A DNA stretch of 64,000 bases, taken from contig JBMNPM010000001.1 of NCBI GenBank assembly GCA_050943595.1, forward strand, positions 112,794 through 176,793. The letters run 5' to 3'. Each line of letters opens with the position of its first letter. Positions within the stretch are counted from its first letter, which is position 1. The translations under genes and the position numbers were made by a program. The notes beneath the pieces were generated by a model that did not search any database, had not been told where the DNA came from, and was given only the letters and a program-made list of their open reading frames with translations. The stretch is from Thermoleophilia bacterium. Lineage in GTDB: Bacteria; Actinomycetota; Thermoleophilia; RBG-16-64-13. This document shows positions 31,018-43,046 of this stretch, one piece after another.

Positions 31018-31428
31018 CTGAACAGCTATGAGCTGGTTCTCATCCTGCGCAACGACGTGGAGGATGAAGAACGAAACGCGGTGCTCGATCGCACCAAAGA
31101 GATCATCACGAGTGACGGCGGCGTCATCGTGAAGATCGACGAGTGGGGAAAGCGACGCCTGGCATATGAGATCAATGACTGTTTCGACGGCGTCTATTAC
31201 ATTCTCTATTTCGAGGCTGAAGCCAAGACGCTGAATGAAGTGACCCGAGTACTCGGCATCACCGACAGTGTACTGCGCTACATGCCGCTCAAGCACGAAA
31301 AGCCTTTCAACTTCCAGTCGGCTGCGGCTTCCGCGGAACCGGCGGATTCCGTAACTCCTGTGTCTGCCGTGGCATCTACGGCGTCCGCGGAGCCTGCAGA
31401 GTCTGCCCCCACATCCGAAGAAGCCTAG
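31018..31428 (+). CDS. rpsF: 30S ribosomal protein S6 (probable CTG start)
   Basis: 'NSYELVLILRND...' matches the S6 N-terminus. A strong RBS AGGAGGTG lies at 31003-31010. The only in-frame candidate at the right spacing is CTG 31018. A GTG at 31057 would truncate the conserved N-terminus. Confidence 0.75.
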   Translation: MNSYELVLILRNDVEDEERNAVLDRTKEIITSDGGVIVKIDEWGKRRLAYEINDCFDGVYYILYFEAEAKTLNEVTRVLGITDSVLRYMPLKHEKPFNFQSAAASAEPADSVTPVSAVASTASAEPAESAPTSEEA

Positions 31429-31443
31429 GCGAAGGAGCACATC

Positions 31444-31890
31444 ATGGCTCGTGGCATCGCTCGCGTGACCTTGGTGGGTAATCTTACCCGCGACCCTGAG
31501 CTTCGGCAGACACCGAACGGTACCTCGGTGTGCCAACTGGGCGTCGCCGTCAACTCCTCCTACAAGGATGCGTCGGGCCAGTGGGTAGAGAAACCCAATT
31601 TCTTCGACGTGGTCGTTTGGGCCGCTCAGGGCGAGAACTGCGCCCGTTATCTGAGCAAAGGACGCCAGGTAGCTGTGGACGGACGACTTGACTATCGGTC
31701 CTGGGAAGCTCAGGACGGAACTAGGCGCAGTAAGGTGGAGATCGTCGCCGACACAGTGATGTTCATCGGCGGGCAGGGTGGTGAAGCGCGTGAACCGGCC
31801 TTCCGGGGCGGCGCGCAGCCCGCGCCGGCTACGGCGGCGCAGGACGATTTTCGTGACATCGATTTCGGAGGCGACGATATTCCCTTCTAG
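31444..31890 (+). CDS. ssb: single-stranded DNA-binding protein
   Basis: OB fold 'TLVGNLTRDPELR' and the acidic C-terminal tail 'DDIPF'. Confidence 0.9.
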   Translation: MARGIARVTLVGNLTRDPELRQTPNGTSVCQLGVAVNSSYKDASGQWVEKPNFFDVVVWAAQGENCARYLSKGRQVAVDGRLDYRSWEAQDGTRRSKVEIVADTVMFIGGQGGEAREPAFRGGAQPAPATAAQDDFRDIDFGGDDIPF

Positions 31891-31915
31891 TCGTTCTCCA
31901 AGGAGGTAGAACAAC

Positions 31916-32173
31916 GTGGCAAATCCCAAGAAACAGCAGCGCCGAGCTCGGCCGGCGGTCGGCTCGCGGCGGCGTAAGTACTGTTTTTTCTGTAAAGAAG
32001 GCGTAGAGATGGTCGACTACAAGGACTTCACCACGCTGCGTAGGTTCATGTCTGAGCGTGGCAAGATCCGTTCTCGTCGTACCACGGGCGCATGCCGTCG
32101 GCATCAGCGTCAGGTTGCGCTGGCTATCAAGCGGGCTCGTGAGGTAGCGCTGCTTCCCTACAGCAGCCGCTGA
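31916..32173 (+). CDS. rpsR: 30S ribosomal protein S18
   Basis: 'CFFCKEG...DYKD...LRRF' S18 signature. Confidence 0.9.
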   Translation: MANPKKQQRRARPAVGSRRRKYCFFCKEGVEMVDYKDFTTLRRFMSERGKIRSRRTTGACRRHQRQVALAIKRAREVALLPYSSR

Positions 32174-32187
32174 GAGCCGCCCCGCTG

Positions 32188-33168
32188 ATGCATCGACCTT
32201 CTCAGGTCGCGCTTATCCGGTTCGGTAGGGCGACGGCATCGATTGTCGTTTTGGGGCTGTGTATGTCGTTTTTGCCTCTAGGCCTGGTTGTACTCATGCC
32301 TTTCGTGGTCCTGTCGTGCGCGCACCTGGTCGTGCAGGGCGGGCTGGGTCGGGGCCTGGCGTCGGCCATCGTAGCCGGTGTGCTGATCGGGGTGGTGGCC
32401 GGTGTTGGCATGGCGGCGGCGGTTTTTCTGGTTGCGCTTGGAGTGGGGGGTGTCCTAGGAGAAGCCGTGCGCCGACAGTGGCCGTTCGGCAGGGCCCTGG
32501 CCGCAACGGCTTCCGCTGCGCTTGTGGCCCTCGTGCTTTGGGGGGTCACTCTGTGGCAGGTCTTGGGCCTTGATCCAACCGCTCTGCGGGAGGCCGCCTT
32601 CGATTCCATCGAACACGCCACGGAGCTGTACGTCCAAGCGGGTGTGTCCGCCGGTACCACAGAAACGGTATCCGGCCAGATGCAACAGTTGGTGGGTGTG
32701 CTTCCCTACGTGGCCCCAGGTCTGCTCGGTATGGGGGTGATACTTCTGGCTGCATGCTGTATCGGCCTGGCGTATTGGCTCTTTCCGCGCCTGCGTGACA
32801 CAGTAGAGGTGCGTATGGGACTCTCGCGGTTTCGGATGCATTGGTCCGTGGCATATCTATCTATCGCCGGACTCGCCTTGTTGCTTGTGTACGGGGGCGG
32901 TGGCGGGTGGCGTACCGCCATGCTTTATTCGGGGCTCAACCTGTTGTTGGTATCGCAGACGCTGTTCTTTCTGCAGGGGCTGGGTGTTGTGCATTGGTTT
33001 GTGAAGACACGGCAGGTGCGGCCGGGTGCCCGTGCGGCCTCGTATATCATCGCGCTGTTCGGCCAGGTCTTCCTGCAGTTGACCGGGTTGCTGGGACTGT
33101 TCGATACATGGTTGGATTGTCGCAAGAGATTCGCCCTTGAGGGCCCACGTTCGGGTTCTTTGAGGTGA
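32188..33168 (+). CDS. DUF2232 (YybS-like) membrane protein
   Basis: Polytopic membrane protein between rpsR and rplI, as in Firmicutes. Confidence 0.6.
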   Translation: MHRPSQVALIRFGRATASIVVLGLCMSFLPLGLVVLMPFVVLSCAHLVVQGGLGRGLASAIVAGVLIGVVAGVGMAAAVFLVALGVGGVLGEAVRRQWPFGRALAATASAALVALVLWGVTLWQVLGLDPTALREAAFDSIEHATELYVQAGVSAGTTETVSGQMQQLVGVLPYVAPGLLGMGVILLAACCIGLAYWLFPRLRDTVEVRMGLSRFRMHWSVAYLSIAGLALLLVYGGGGGWRTAMLYSGLNLLLVSQTLFFLQGLGVVHWFVKTRQVRPGARAASYIIALFGQVFLQLTGLLGLFDTWLDCRKRFALEGPRSGSLR

Positions 33169-33187
33169 TATCGCTAAGGAGTTAGAT

Positions 33188-33649
33188 ATGGATGTGATCC
33201 TGCTACAAGACGTGGACAAGTTGGGCAACAAGGGTGAAGTGGCAAGTGTGTCGGATGGGTACGCCCGTAACTTCCTGTTTCCCCGCAAACTGGCCGAGAA
33301 GGCTACCGCCGGCCGTATTGCCCAGGTGCGCAGGATGATGGAAGAGAAGGTCGCCCAGCAGCGGCGCCAGGCTGAGCAGGCCGACGAGATACGCGATCTC
33401 CTCTGCAAGACGGTGTTGACCATCACTGCTCCTGTGGGCTCGGCCGATCGTCTGTTTGGCTCCGTTACCAGCCAGGACATCTGCGATGCGATCTACGCGG
33501 CCCGTAAGATCCGCGTCGAGAAGCGCGACGTGGCTCTGGAAGAGCCCATCAAGACCGTGGGTAGTTTTATGGTGAAGATCGCAGTTCATCAGAGTGTGGA
33601 GCCGGCCGATGTCAAGGTCATGGTCGTCCCGGAGGAAGCCAAGGCTTAA
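33188..33649 (+). CDS. rplI: 50S ribosomal protein L9
   Basis: 'MDVILLQDVDKLGNKGEVASVSDGYARNFL' L9 N-domain. Confidence 0.9.
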   Translation: MDVILLQDVDKLGNKGEVASVSDGYARNFLFPRKLAEKATAGRIAQVRRMMEEKVAQQRRQAEQADEIRDLLCKTVLTITAPVGSADRLFGSVTSQDICDAIYAARKIRVEKRDVALEEPIKTVGSFMVKIAVHQSVEPADVKVMVVPEEAKA

Positions 33650-33711
33650 CAGGCTTTCAATGCGACTACTCGAAGGGGGCGCTCTGACGCGAGCGCGACG
33701 GATATGCTTGG

Positions 33712-35115
33712 GTGAAGGACGTTGACGGGGGTCTCGTGGAATTAGCGATGAGCAGGGGAGGACCGGCGATGGCGCCGGGTGAGGAGCAGGCTCCCCCCCA
33801 GAACATCGATGCTGAGATATCGGTGTTGGGTGCCAGCATGCTCACGCCCAATGTGATCCCTGGGGTGAGCGAGATCGTACGTCCGCAGCATTTCTATCGG
33901 CAGGCCCACCAACGCATCTTCGAAGTCATTGAGGACCTGTTCTCGCGGGGCGAACCGGTCGACCCCATCACGGTCAGCGAGGAGCTGGCCAATCGTGCCA
34001 GCCTCGATCTGGTCGGCGGCAGGGCGTTCATCCACAGCTTGGCGACGGCGGTTCCGGCGGCCACCAATGCGTGGCACTATGCGGAGATCGTCAAAGAGAA
34101 TTACTATCTACGCTCTCTCATACGGGTCGGGGGAGAGATCACCGAGATGGGGTACCGGCGCGAGCAGCCGCCCATGGAGCTCATCGATAGGGCTGAGCAG
34201 ATGGTGTTCGACATCTCTCAGGACCGGGTTACAGGTGAGTTCGAGCCCATCGGAGAGTTGATCAGTGAGAGCTTTGCTGAACTCGAGCAGGCCATAACCG
34301 AGGGGCATGAGACCGTGGGCTGTAAAACCGGCTTTCGCGATCTCGATGACATATTGAGCGGATTTCAACCGGCGAATCTGGTCATCTTGGCTGCACGACC
34401 ATCCATGGGCAAGACGGCCTTTGCACTCAACATCGCCCGCAACGTCGCCGTCGATCAGGGCAAGGGTGTGGCCGTCTTCAGCCTAGAGATGTCGAAGATG
34501 GAAGTAGTGCGTCGGATGATGTGCGCTGAAGCCCGGGTAGATAGTTGGCGGGTGCATCGCGGTCTCATGCAGCCACAGGAATGGAGTCGTCTGGTTGCGG
34601 CATGTACACCGCTGCATTCCGCACCCATCTTTGTTGACGATAGCGCTTCTCTGAGTCTCATGGAGATACGGGCTAAGGCCAGGCGGCTAAAAGCCAAAGA
34701 GAAGAACCTGGGTCTCATCGTGGTCGACTATCTCCAGCTCATGATGGGTGGTGATGTGGGTATCGAGAACCGGCAACAGGAGATCTCTCGTATCTCGCGA
34801 GGCCTGAAGATTCTGGCGCGGGAACTTGAAGTGCCGGTGATGGCCCTCTCTCAGCTATCCCGACAGGTTGAGCAAAGAGCTGGGAACCGGCCGGTGCTGT
34901 CCGATTTGAGGGAATCGGGCGCCATCGAACAGGACGCCGACCTAGTGATATTCATCTATCGCGATGAGGTTTACAATCGCGATAGCCCCGATAAGGGGAC
35001 TGCTGAGATCATCGTGGGAAAACAGAGGAATGGGCCTATCGGTGACTGTAAATTGGCCTTCATCCAAAGCTACACACGCTTCGCCGACCTGGCCGACAGG
35101 CGTGAGTCTCAGTAG
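33712..35115 (+). CDS. dnaB: replicative DNA helicase DnaB
   Basis: 'NIDAEISVLGA', Walker A 'ARPSMGKTAF', RecA-like fold. An alternative start at ATG 33768 has a better RBS. Confidence 0.9.
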   Translation: MKDVDGGLVELAMSRGGPAMAPGEEQAPPQNIDAEISVLGASMLTPNVIPGVSEIVRPQHFYRQAHQRIFEVIEDLFSRGEPVDPITVSEELANRASLDLVGGRAFIHSLATAVPAATNAWHYAEIVKENYYLRSLIRVGGEITEMGYRREQPPMELIDRAEQMVFDISQDRVTGEFEPIGELISESFAELEQAITEGHETVGCKTGFRDLDDILSGFQPANLVILAARPSMGKTAFALNIARNVAVDQGKGVAVFSLEMSKMEVVRRMMCAEARVDSWRVHRGLMQPQEWSRLVAACTPLHSAPIFVDDSASLSLMEIRAKARRLKAKEKNLGLIVVDYLQLMMGGDVGIENRQQEISRISRGLKILARELEVPVMALSQLSRQVEQRAGNRPVLSDLRESGAIEQDADLVIFIYRDEVYNRDSPDKGTAEIIVGKQRNGPIGDCKLAFIQSYTRFADLADRRESQ

Positions 35116-35143
35116 CGTCGTGTCCGCAGTTGAGGAGTAGAGT

Positions 35144-36604
35144 GTGCCGGCCGGCTCTCGGTACGATGCGATCATAGTTGGTGGTGGTCCCGCTGGTATC
35201 TTCGCCGCGCTGGAACTCTCACGACATCCGAATCTGCGGATACTCCTCCTCGAGCAGGGGGCCGATATCTCGGAACGCCACTGTCCGGCCCGCGTGGTTG
35301 GGATGTGTACTCACTGTGCCCGTTGCGATATAACCACCGGCTGGGGTGGAGCGGGGGTCTTCTCGGACGGTAAACTGACGCTGGGGTCGGACGTAGGCGG
35401 GTGGCTGGCAGAGTATTTGGACGACGATGCGTTGCGACTCCTCATCGCACGCGTGGACGGTATCTACCGTGACTTCGGAGCCCCCGGACGGCTCTATGGG
35501 GCCCGGTCGGATGCGCTTGAGCGCTGGGCCGGGCTGGCTTCGACCTACGGACTGCGCCTTGTTCACTCGCCGGTGAGGCACCTGGGCACCGAGAATGCCA
35601 CCGGTGTTTTGGCGGCCATGCGGACCCATCTCGAAGACAAGGTCGATATCCGCACCCACACCGAAGTGGTCGAGGTTCTGACCGAACCTGCACAAGGGGA
35701 AGGAGCGGAGGGTGGGCGGCCTCGCCGCCGGGTGGTGGGCGTGACGACGGCCGCTGGTGACGTTTATCGCAGTAGCGCAGTCATCCTGGCTCCGGGGCGG
35801 CGCGGCTCGGCCTGGCTCTCCGGGGAGGCCGAGCGGCTGGGTATCCCCCTGGTCAGCAACGCTGTGGATGTTGGTGTTCGTGTGGAGGTGCCGGCTGTGG
35901 TGACCGATCCGATCACTGCCGAACTCTACGAACCGAAGTTGTTGTATACGTCATTCCATTTCGAGGATCAGGTGCGAACGTTCTGCATGAATCCGGGTGG
36001 TGTCGTGTGCACGGAGAGCTGGGGAGATGCCGTGACCGTAAACGGACATAGCTATGGTGACGCCGCACGAAAGACCGCGAACACCAACTTTGCGCTCCTG
36101 GTCTCAACACACTTTACGGAACCCTTCAGGGAGCCTATCGCCTACGGCAAGTCTATTGCCCGCCTGGCTAATATGCTGGGAAAGGACGTCCTGGTGCAAC
36201 GACTCGGTGATTTACGCACTGGGCATCGCACCACTCCGGCGAGGCTGGCGCGCAGTACAGTGGAGCCGACGCTGCGTGCTGCCACTCCGGGCGATCTCAG
36301 TTTCGCTTTTCCCTACCGTCATCTGCGTAACCTGCTTGAGATGCTCGATGCCTTAGACGGCCTACTCCCGGGGGTGGGTGGACCGGACACTCTCCTCTAC
36401 GGCGCCGAGGTGAAGTTCTACTCCTCGCGCGTGGCGCTGGACGCACACCTCGAGACTCCCATCTTCGGTCTCTATGCTGCGGGTGACGGGGCGGGAGTGA
36501 CCCGTGGATTGGTGCAGGCCTCCGCCTCCGGACTGGTGGTCGGTGCGGCTGTGGCCGCCACGAAGGGAATGGGTGGAGATGAGGCCCGCGACCGTGCCTG
36601 GTAA
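35144..36604 (+). CDS. FAD-dependent oxidoreductase (COG2509-like NAD(FAD)-utilizing dehydrogenase)
   Basis: Rossmann motif 'DAIIVGGGPAGIFAA'. Confidence 0.6.
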   Translation: MPAGSRYDAIIVGGGPAGIFAALELSRHPNLRILLLEQGADISERHCPARVVGMCTHCARCDITTGWGGAGVFSDGKLTLGSDVGGWLAEYLDDDALRLLIARVDGIYRDFGAPGRLYGARSDALERWAGLASTYGLRLVHSPVRHLGTENATGVLAAMRTHLEDKVDIRTHTEVVEVLTEPAQGEGAEGGRPRRRVVGVTTAAGDVYRSSAVILAPGRRGSAWLSGEAERLGIPLVSNAVDVGVRVEVPAVVTDPITAELYEPKLLYTSFHFEDQVRTFCMNPGGVVCTESWGDAVTVNGHSYGDAARKTANTNFALLVSTHFTEPFREPIAYGKSIARLANMLGKDVLVQRLGDLRTGHRTTPARLARSTVEPTLRAATPGDLSFAFPYRHLRNLLEMLDALDGLLPGVGGPDTLLYGAEVKFYSSRVALDAHLETPIFGLYAAGDGAGVTRGLVQASASGLVVGAAVAATKGMGGDEARDRAW

Positions 36605-36661
36605 ACTGTCGGCAACGCGGGTCGTGTTGCTCGGTGTAGGGGCGCGTATGGCGGCCTGTAA

Positions 36662-38011
<1,350 letters not shown>

Positions 38012-38036
38012 CCGGTCGAGAACCTGGGAGGACGAA

Positions 38037-39356
38037 GTGGCGGCGAACCGCCGGTTCAGTGTAGTCGTAGTCGGTGGAGGTGCTCGGGAGCACGCGATCG
38101 TGCGGGCTCTGGCCAAGAGCCCGCGGGTGGGGAGGCTCCTCTGTGCGCCGGGGAATGCTGGGATCGCTGAGGAGGCAGAGGTGGTGGCTATCGAAGCCGA
38201 TGACCTCTCCGGCCTCGTCGGCCTAGTCGAGCGCGAAAAGATCGACCTCACGGTGGTCGGCCCCGAGGCTCCGCTTGTGGATGGGCTGGCCGACCGGTTG
38301 CGTGCACGGGGCTTTGCCGTATTCGGGCCCGGAGCCGCCGGAGCCCGGCTGGAGGGCTCCAAGGCCTTTGCTAAGCAGATCATGGAGGCGGCGGAGGTCC
38401 CCACCGGTCGCGCACAGGTGTTCACGGATCATCAGAGTGCCTTGGAGTTCCTCGGCACCACGAGGGTGCCCGTGGTTATCAAAGCCGATGGCCTGGCGGC
38501 CGGTAAGGGTGTCGTCGTAGCACAGACGCGCGAAGAGGCCGAGACTGCCTTGGCCGCCTGTTTCGTTGAGCGCCGTTTCGGGGAGGCGGCCGATACCGTG
38601 CTCGTGGAGGAGTTTCTCGAGGGAGAGGAAGTCTCCCTGCTGTCTTTCGTCAGTGGGGAGCGGATACTGCCTCTGGCTCCTGCCCAGGACTACAAGCGGG
38701 CTCTCGACGCTGATGCTGGTCCCAACACAGGCGGCATGGGGTCGTATTCTCCTGTGCCTGTGGTGGACGACGCGTCATACCAGGAGTTGGTGGAGGGCAT
38801 AATCCGTCCTACCGTAGCCGAACTCAAACGGCGGGGGATCGACTATCGTGGAGTGCTCTACGCGGGATTGATGCTCACCTCTGCAGGTCCCAAGGTGCTG
38901 GAGTTCAACTGCCGGTTCGGTGATCCCGAGACTCAGGCCCTCCTCTCTCGTCTCCGTTCCGATCTCTTTGAGTACCTTTGGGCGGTGGCACATGGTGACG
39001 CCTTGCCGGCGGCGGTCGAGTGGAGCGAGGGGCCGGCCGTTGGTGTGGTCATGGCTTCGCGCGGATATCCTGCCACGAGTTCGAAAGGCGACGTCATCAG
39101 TGGTCTGAGCGAGGTGCACGACCTCGAAGACGTGGAGGTTTACCACGCTGCGACCAAGAAGGTGGATGGTTCGCTGGTCACCAGCGGGGGTCGTGTGCTC
39201 ACCGTGACCGGACTAGGGGCGACCTTTGCCGAGGCTCGGGCCCGAGCCTACGCTGCGGTGGCGGCTATCGAGTTCGCCGGTGCCCAGTATCGGTCGGATA
39301 TCGCACTTCGAGCCGAGGAGTGGGAAGGCCGCGGCGCTGCTTCCAACCCACGTTGA
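38037..39356 (+). CDS. purD: phosphoribosylamine--glycine ligase
   Basis: '[12 protein letters not shown]' and an ATP-grasp domain. GTG start at 38037 with a GGGAGG RBS. The ORF-track start at 37953 overlaps purA. Confidence 0.88.
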   Translation: MAANRRFSVVVVGGGAREHAIVRALAKSPRVGRLLCAPGNAGIAEEAEVVAIEADDLSGLVGLVEREKIDLTVVGPEAPLVDGLADRLRARGFAVFGPGAAGARLEGSKAFAKQIMEAAEVPTGRAQVFTDHQSALEFLGTTRVPVVIKADGLAAGKGVVVAQTREEAETALAACFVERRFGEAADTVLVEEFLEGEEVSLLSFVSGERILPLAPAQDYKRALDADAGPNTGGMGSYSPVPVVDDASYQELVEGIIRPTVAELKRRGIDYRGVLYAGLMLTSAGPKVLEFNCRFGDPETQALLSRLRSDLFEYLWAVAHGDALPAAVEWSEGPAVGVVMASRGYPATSSKGDVISGLSEVHDLEDVEVYHAATKKVDGSLVTSGGRVLTVTGLGATFAEARARAYAAVAAIEFAGAQYRSDIALRAEEWEGRGAASNPR

Positions 39357-39397
39357 CCCGTCCGGCCGACGAGCAGACGGGCAAGAAGGGAGACATA

Positions 39398-39861
39398 TGT
39401 CCGAGATGTCCACGCATCCCCTGGTAGGCATACTGATGGGGTCGCAGTCTGACGCGGAGGTGATGGACGCCGGCGCCGCGGAGCTCGAAGTGCGGGGTAT
39501 CGCGTACGAAGTAAACGTTCTGTCCGCTCACCGCGATCCTGAGGGGGTACGCGAATACTCTCTCAGCGCCGAGGCGCGGGGACTCAAGGTGATCATCGCC
39601 GGAGCCGGAAAGGCCGCGGCGCTGCCTGGTGTGGTGGCCTCAATGACAGATCTGCCTGTCATCGGTGTACCTATCCGCACCTCTGACTTGGGTGGTCTCG
39701 ACTCGTTACTGTCGATGGTACAGATGCCGGCCGGTGTGCCTGTGGCCACTGTGGCCATCAACGGCGCCCGCAATGCCGCCATCCTGGCTGCGCAAATCTT
39801 GCGGGTAGGTGGTCTGCTATCTGCATCCGACCCAGTCGCCGGCCAAGGCGGTTCACAGTGA
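39398..39861 (+). CDS. purE: N5-carboxyaminoimidazole ribonucleotide mutase
   Basis: '[10 protein letters not shown]' and '[13 protein letters not shown]' PurE motifs. Confidence 0.88.
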
Positions 39862-41159
39862 TCGCGCGGTACTCCACTCCGGAGATGGAGGCTATTTGGA
39901 CCGACCAGGCTCGTATGGCCGCCTGGCTCGAGGTGGAGCTGGCTGTCTGTGAGGCGTGGACGCGGCTGGGTCGCATCCCGGTCGAAGCCATGGCTGAGAT
40001 TAGGGGGCGGGCTGCTTTTGACGTGGACCGCGTGAACGAGATTGAGGAGGTCACGCACCACGACGTCATCGCTTTCGTCAGTTGCGTGGCGGAGAGCGTG
40101 GGTGATGCTTCCAAGTACATCCACTATGGTCTTACTTCGTCGGATGTCCTTGACACCGGTCTCGCCCTGCAGTTGCGGGCAGCCGGCGCGCTCCTCGAAG
40201 AGGAAATCAGTAGGTTGGGACGCATCTTACAGCGTCGCGCTCTGGAGCACCGCGACACGGTCATGATCGGGCGCACACATGGTGTACATGCGGAGCCCAT
40301 CACTTTTGGCATGGTTCTCGGTCTCTGGGCCTTCGAGGTAGAGCGGGGCCTACAGAGGCTGCAGCGGGCTGTCCGGCAGGTCGCGGTGGGGAAGATCTCG
40401 GGCGCGGTGGGCACCTATGCCAACGTCGATCCCGAGGTCGAACAGATTGCCATGTCTCTGCTCGACCTGGATAGTGCGCCTATCTCCACGCAGATAGTGC
40501 AGCGCGACCGACATGCCGAGTTCATGGCCTCATTGGCTCTATTGGCTGGTAGTCTTGAGAAGATAGCTCTGCAAATACGCCACTATCAGCGAACCGAGGT
40601 CTTGGAGGCTGAGGAGTACTTTGCTCCCGGCCAGAAGGGCTCATCGGCGATGCCTCACAAGCGTAACCCCATCATCTCTGAGAGGCTATGTGGTCAGGCA
40701 CGCATCATCCGAAGCAATATGTTGGCCGCCTTCGAGAACGTGGCTTTGTGGCATGAGCGCGACATAAGTCACTCCAGTGTAGAACGAATTATTCTGCCCG
40801 ACAGCACCATCCTTCTCCACTACATGCTCAAGAAGGCCTGCTGGCTCATCGATAGGCTGAACGTATATCCGCAGAACATGTCTGCGAACTTGGAGAAGAG
40901 TTTTGGTCTCGTGTATAGCCAGAAGGTGCTCCTGGCTTTGGTGGAGGCGGGTGTTCTCCGTGATGATGCCTACCAGATCGTCCAGCGGAGCGCCATGCGG
41001 GCTTGGGAGGAGAAGACCCCTTTCTTGGATGTGCTGAAGAGCGACTCGGAGGTCACCAGCCGCCTCTCTGCTACAGAGATCAAGGCTCTGTTCGCGCCTG
41101 ATGAGCAACTGCGTAACATGGGCGTGATCTTCGACCGCGTGGCGGCGTTGGAGTGGTGA
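39858..41159 (+). CDS. purB: adenylosuccinate lyase
   Basis: 'IARYSTPEM' N-terminus and fumarate-lyase signature '[11 protein letters not shown]'. Confidence 0.9.
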   Translation: MIARYSTPEMEAIWTDQARMAAWLEVELAVCEAWTRLGRIPVEAMAEIRGRAAFDVDRVNEIEEVTHHDVIAFVSCVAESVGDASKYIHYGLTSSDVLDTGLALQLRAAGALLEEEISRLGRILQRRALEHRDTVMIGRTHGVHAEPITFGMVLGLWAFEVERGLQRLQRAVRQVAVGKISGAVGTYANVDPEVEQIAMSLLDLDSAPISTQIVQRDRHAEFMASLALLAGSLEKIALQIRHYQRTEVLEAEEYFAPGQKGSSAMPHKRNPIISERLCGQARIIRSNMLAAFENVALWHERDISHSSVERIILPDSTILLHYMLKKACWLIDRLNVYPQNMSANLEKSFGLVYSQKVLLALVEAGVLRDDAYQIVQRSAMRAWEEKTPFLDVLKSDSEVTSRLSATEIKALFAPDEQLRNMGVIFDRVAALEW

Positions 41160-41331
41160 GAGACGGTCGGGGTATATGCCGAAGCTGATAGAATCGAAGC
41201 CCGCATCAACACTGAACGTGGGTGTGGGAGATGGTGAGTGGGACCGGCGTGCGGAGCGTCCGGCAAACGGTGACCGGCCATCCGCGGAAGGATGCAGCTG
41301 GTGTTGCAGACCACGCCGAGGAGGAGAGAGG

Positions 41332-41547
41332 ATGACACGCCAGACAGTGTGCCCGCGTTGCGGAGCACGCGACTCGTTCATGAAGGGATACCTGCCTGAT
41401 ACCTGCGTCTGTCGCGTCTGTCAGAGCCAGCTCGACTGGAGGGAGATTACGGGTTGTGGCCCGGACTGCAAGGGGCTTCCCGAAGACAAGCCGTCGACAG
41501 GGTTGGGTATACACGAGACGGCTGTGCCGCCGGCCACGGGGGAATGA
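41332..41547 (+). CDS. small 4-Cys zinc-ribbon protein (72 aa), translationally coupled to purF
   Basis: GAGGAGGAGAGAGG RBS before the ATG at 41332. Motifs 'CPRC...CRVC'. Its stop overlaps the purF start (ATGA). Confidence 0.5.
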   Translation: MTRQTVCPRCGARDSFMKGYLPDTCVCRVCQSQLDWREITGCGPDCKGLPEDKPSTGLGIHETAVPPATGE

Positions 41548-42998
41548 TGCTTGGTCCATGGCAGGACGACTGTCCCCACGATGAGTGTGGGGTATTTGGT
41601 ATTTATGCCCCCGAGATGGATGTAGCCCGGCTCACCTTCTACGCCCTCTTCGCATTACAACACCGCGGTCAGGAATCCGCCGGCATCGCGGTCACCGATG
41701 GATCCCGCCTCATCGTACACAAGGATATGGGGCTGGTATCGCAGGTCTTCGCCGAACATACCCTGCAGAGCCTCCCCGGCCGGCTGGCCATCGGCCACGT
41801 GCGCTACTCGACCACCGGTGCTAACGAAATACGGAACGCACAGCCTTTCGCGCGCACGCGTGACAGCTCCTTTATTGCCTTGGCCCACAACGGCAATCTG
41901 GTGAATACTGACGAACTACGCGCCGATCTCCTGCGCAGTGGCCACGTGTTTGCCGGCACCTCGGACACGGAGGTCATCGCAGCTCTGCTGGCTGAACATC
42001 CTTCCCGTGATGTGTGTGAGGCTCTTCGCGACATTGTGCCTCGTCTGCGGGGCGCTTTCAGTGCTGTGCTTCTCGCCAAGGACAGGGTTGTCGGATTTCG
42101 CGATCCCTACGGAATCCGGCCTCTGGTACTCGGAGAGATCGACGGATACTACTGTATGTCCAGCGAGTCATCGGGCTTGGATATCCTGGGCGCGAAGCTC
42201 ATACGCGATATCGAACCGGGTGAGATATGTGTCATTGACGCCGACGGCTATCACATCGAACAGGTTGTCAAGCGCGAGCGAGAGTCGTTGTGCGTCTTCG
42301 AGTTCATCTATTTCGCCCGCCCCGACTCGGTGATGAAGGGGCAGACGTTGTATGCTGCCCGCAGCCGCATGGGCGAGGAGTTGGCTAGAGAGTCGGGAGT
42401 GGATGCCGACCTGGTCATCCCCGTGCCCGACACCGGCAATTCGGCTGCCATAGGCTTCTCGGCGGCGAGTGGTATCAAGTACGGCGAGGCTCTCATCAAG
42501 AACAGGTACATCGGTCGCACATTCATCAACCCCGACGACCGTGTGCGGAAGCTTGGCGTCCGTCTGAAGTTCAATCCTCTGACGTCGGCCATCCGCGGCA
42601 AGCGTTTGGTGCTGGTGGATGATTCTATCGTCCGGGGCAATACTACTCGGGCTCTAGTACGCGTGCTGTTTGAAGCCGGAGCCCGCGAGATTCATCTGCG
42701 TGTCAGCTCACCTCCCATCGTCTTTCCCTGCTTCTACGGTATCGACATGGCCGACCAGGATGAGTTCATCGCCTTCGGCAAGAGCGTGGATGAGATCAGC
42801 CGGGAGCTGGGGGCCACCTCCGTGGCCTACCTCTCTTTGGAGGGGCTTCTCAAAGCGACGCGCGCCAATTCCGATCAAGGATGTTTCTGCACCGCCTGCT
42901 TTAGTGGCGACTATCCGTGTGAGGTGCCGGAGACCCTACGCCTGTCGAAGTTTCGCTACGAGCCTGCGGTGCACGACATTGAGATGAGCACCCGCTGA
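41544..42998 (+). CDS. purF: amidophosphoribosyltransferase (with short propeptide)
   Basis: Propeptide 'MMLGPWQDDCPHDE' before the catalytic 'CGVFGI'. Ntn-glutaminase plus PRTase 'VLVDDSIVRGNT'. C-terminal Cys cluster. Confidence 0.9.
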   Translation: MMLGPWQDDCPHDECGVFGIYAPEMDVARLTFYALFALQHRGQESAGIAVTDGSRLIVHKDMGLVSQVFAEHTLQSLPGRLAIGHVRYSTTGANEIRNAQPFARTRDSSFIALAHNGNLVNTDELRADLLRSGHVFAGTSDTEVIAALLAEHPSRDVCEALRDIVPRLRGAFSAVLLAKDRVVGFRDPYGIRPLVLGEIDGYYCMSSESSGLDILGAKLIRDIEPGEICVIDADGYHIEQVVKRERESLCVFEFIYFARPDSVMKGQTLYAARSRMGEELARESGVDADLVIPVPDTGNSAAIGFSAASGIKYGEALIKNRYIGRTFINPDDRVRKLGVRLKFNPLTSAIRGKRLVLVDDSIVRGNTTRALVRVLFEAGAREIHLRVSSPPIVFPCFYGIDMADQDEFIAFGKSVDEISRELGATSVAYLSLEGLLKATRANSDQGCFCTACFSGDYPCEVPETLRLSKFRYEPAVHDIEMSTR

Positions 42999-43046
42999 AT
43001 CGCAGTCTTAGGCCGGATCCATCTCACTTTCTGATACGCTGGGGCA

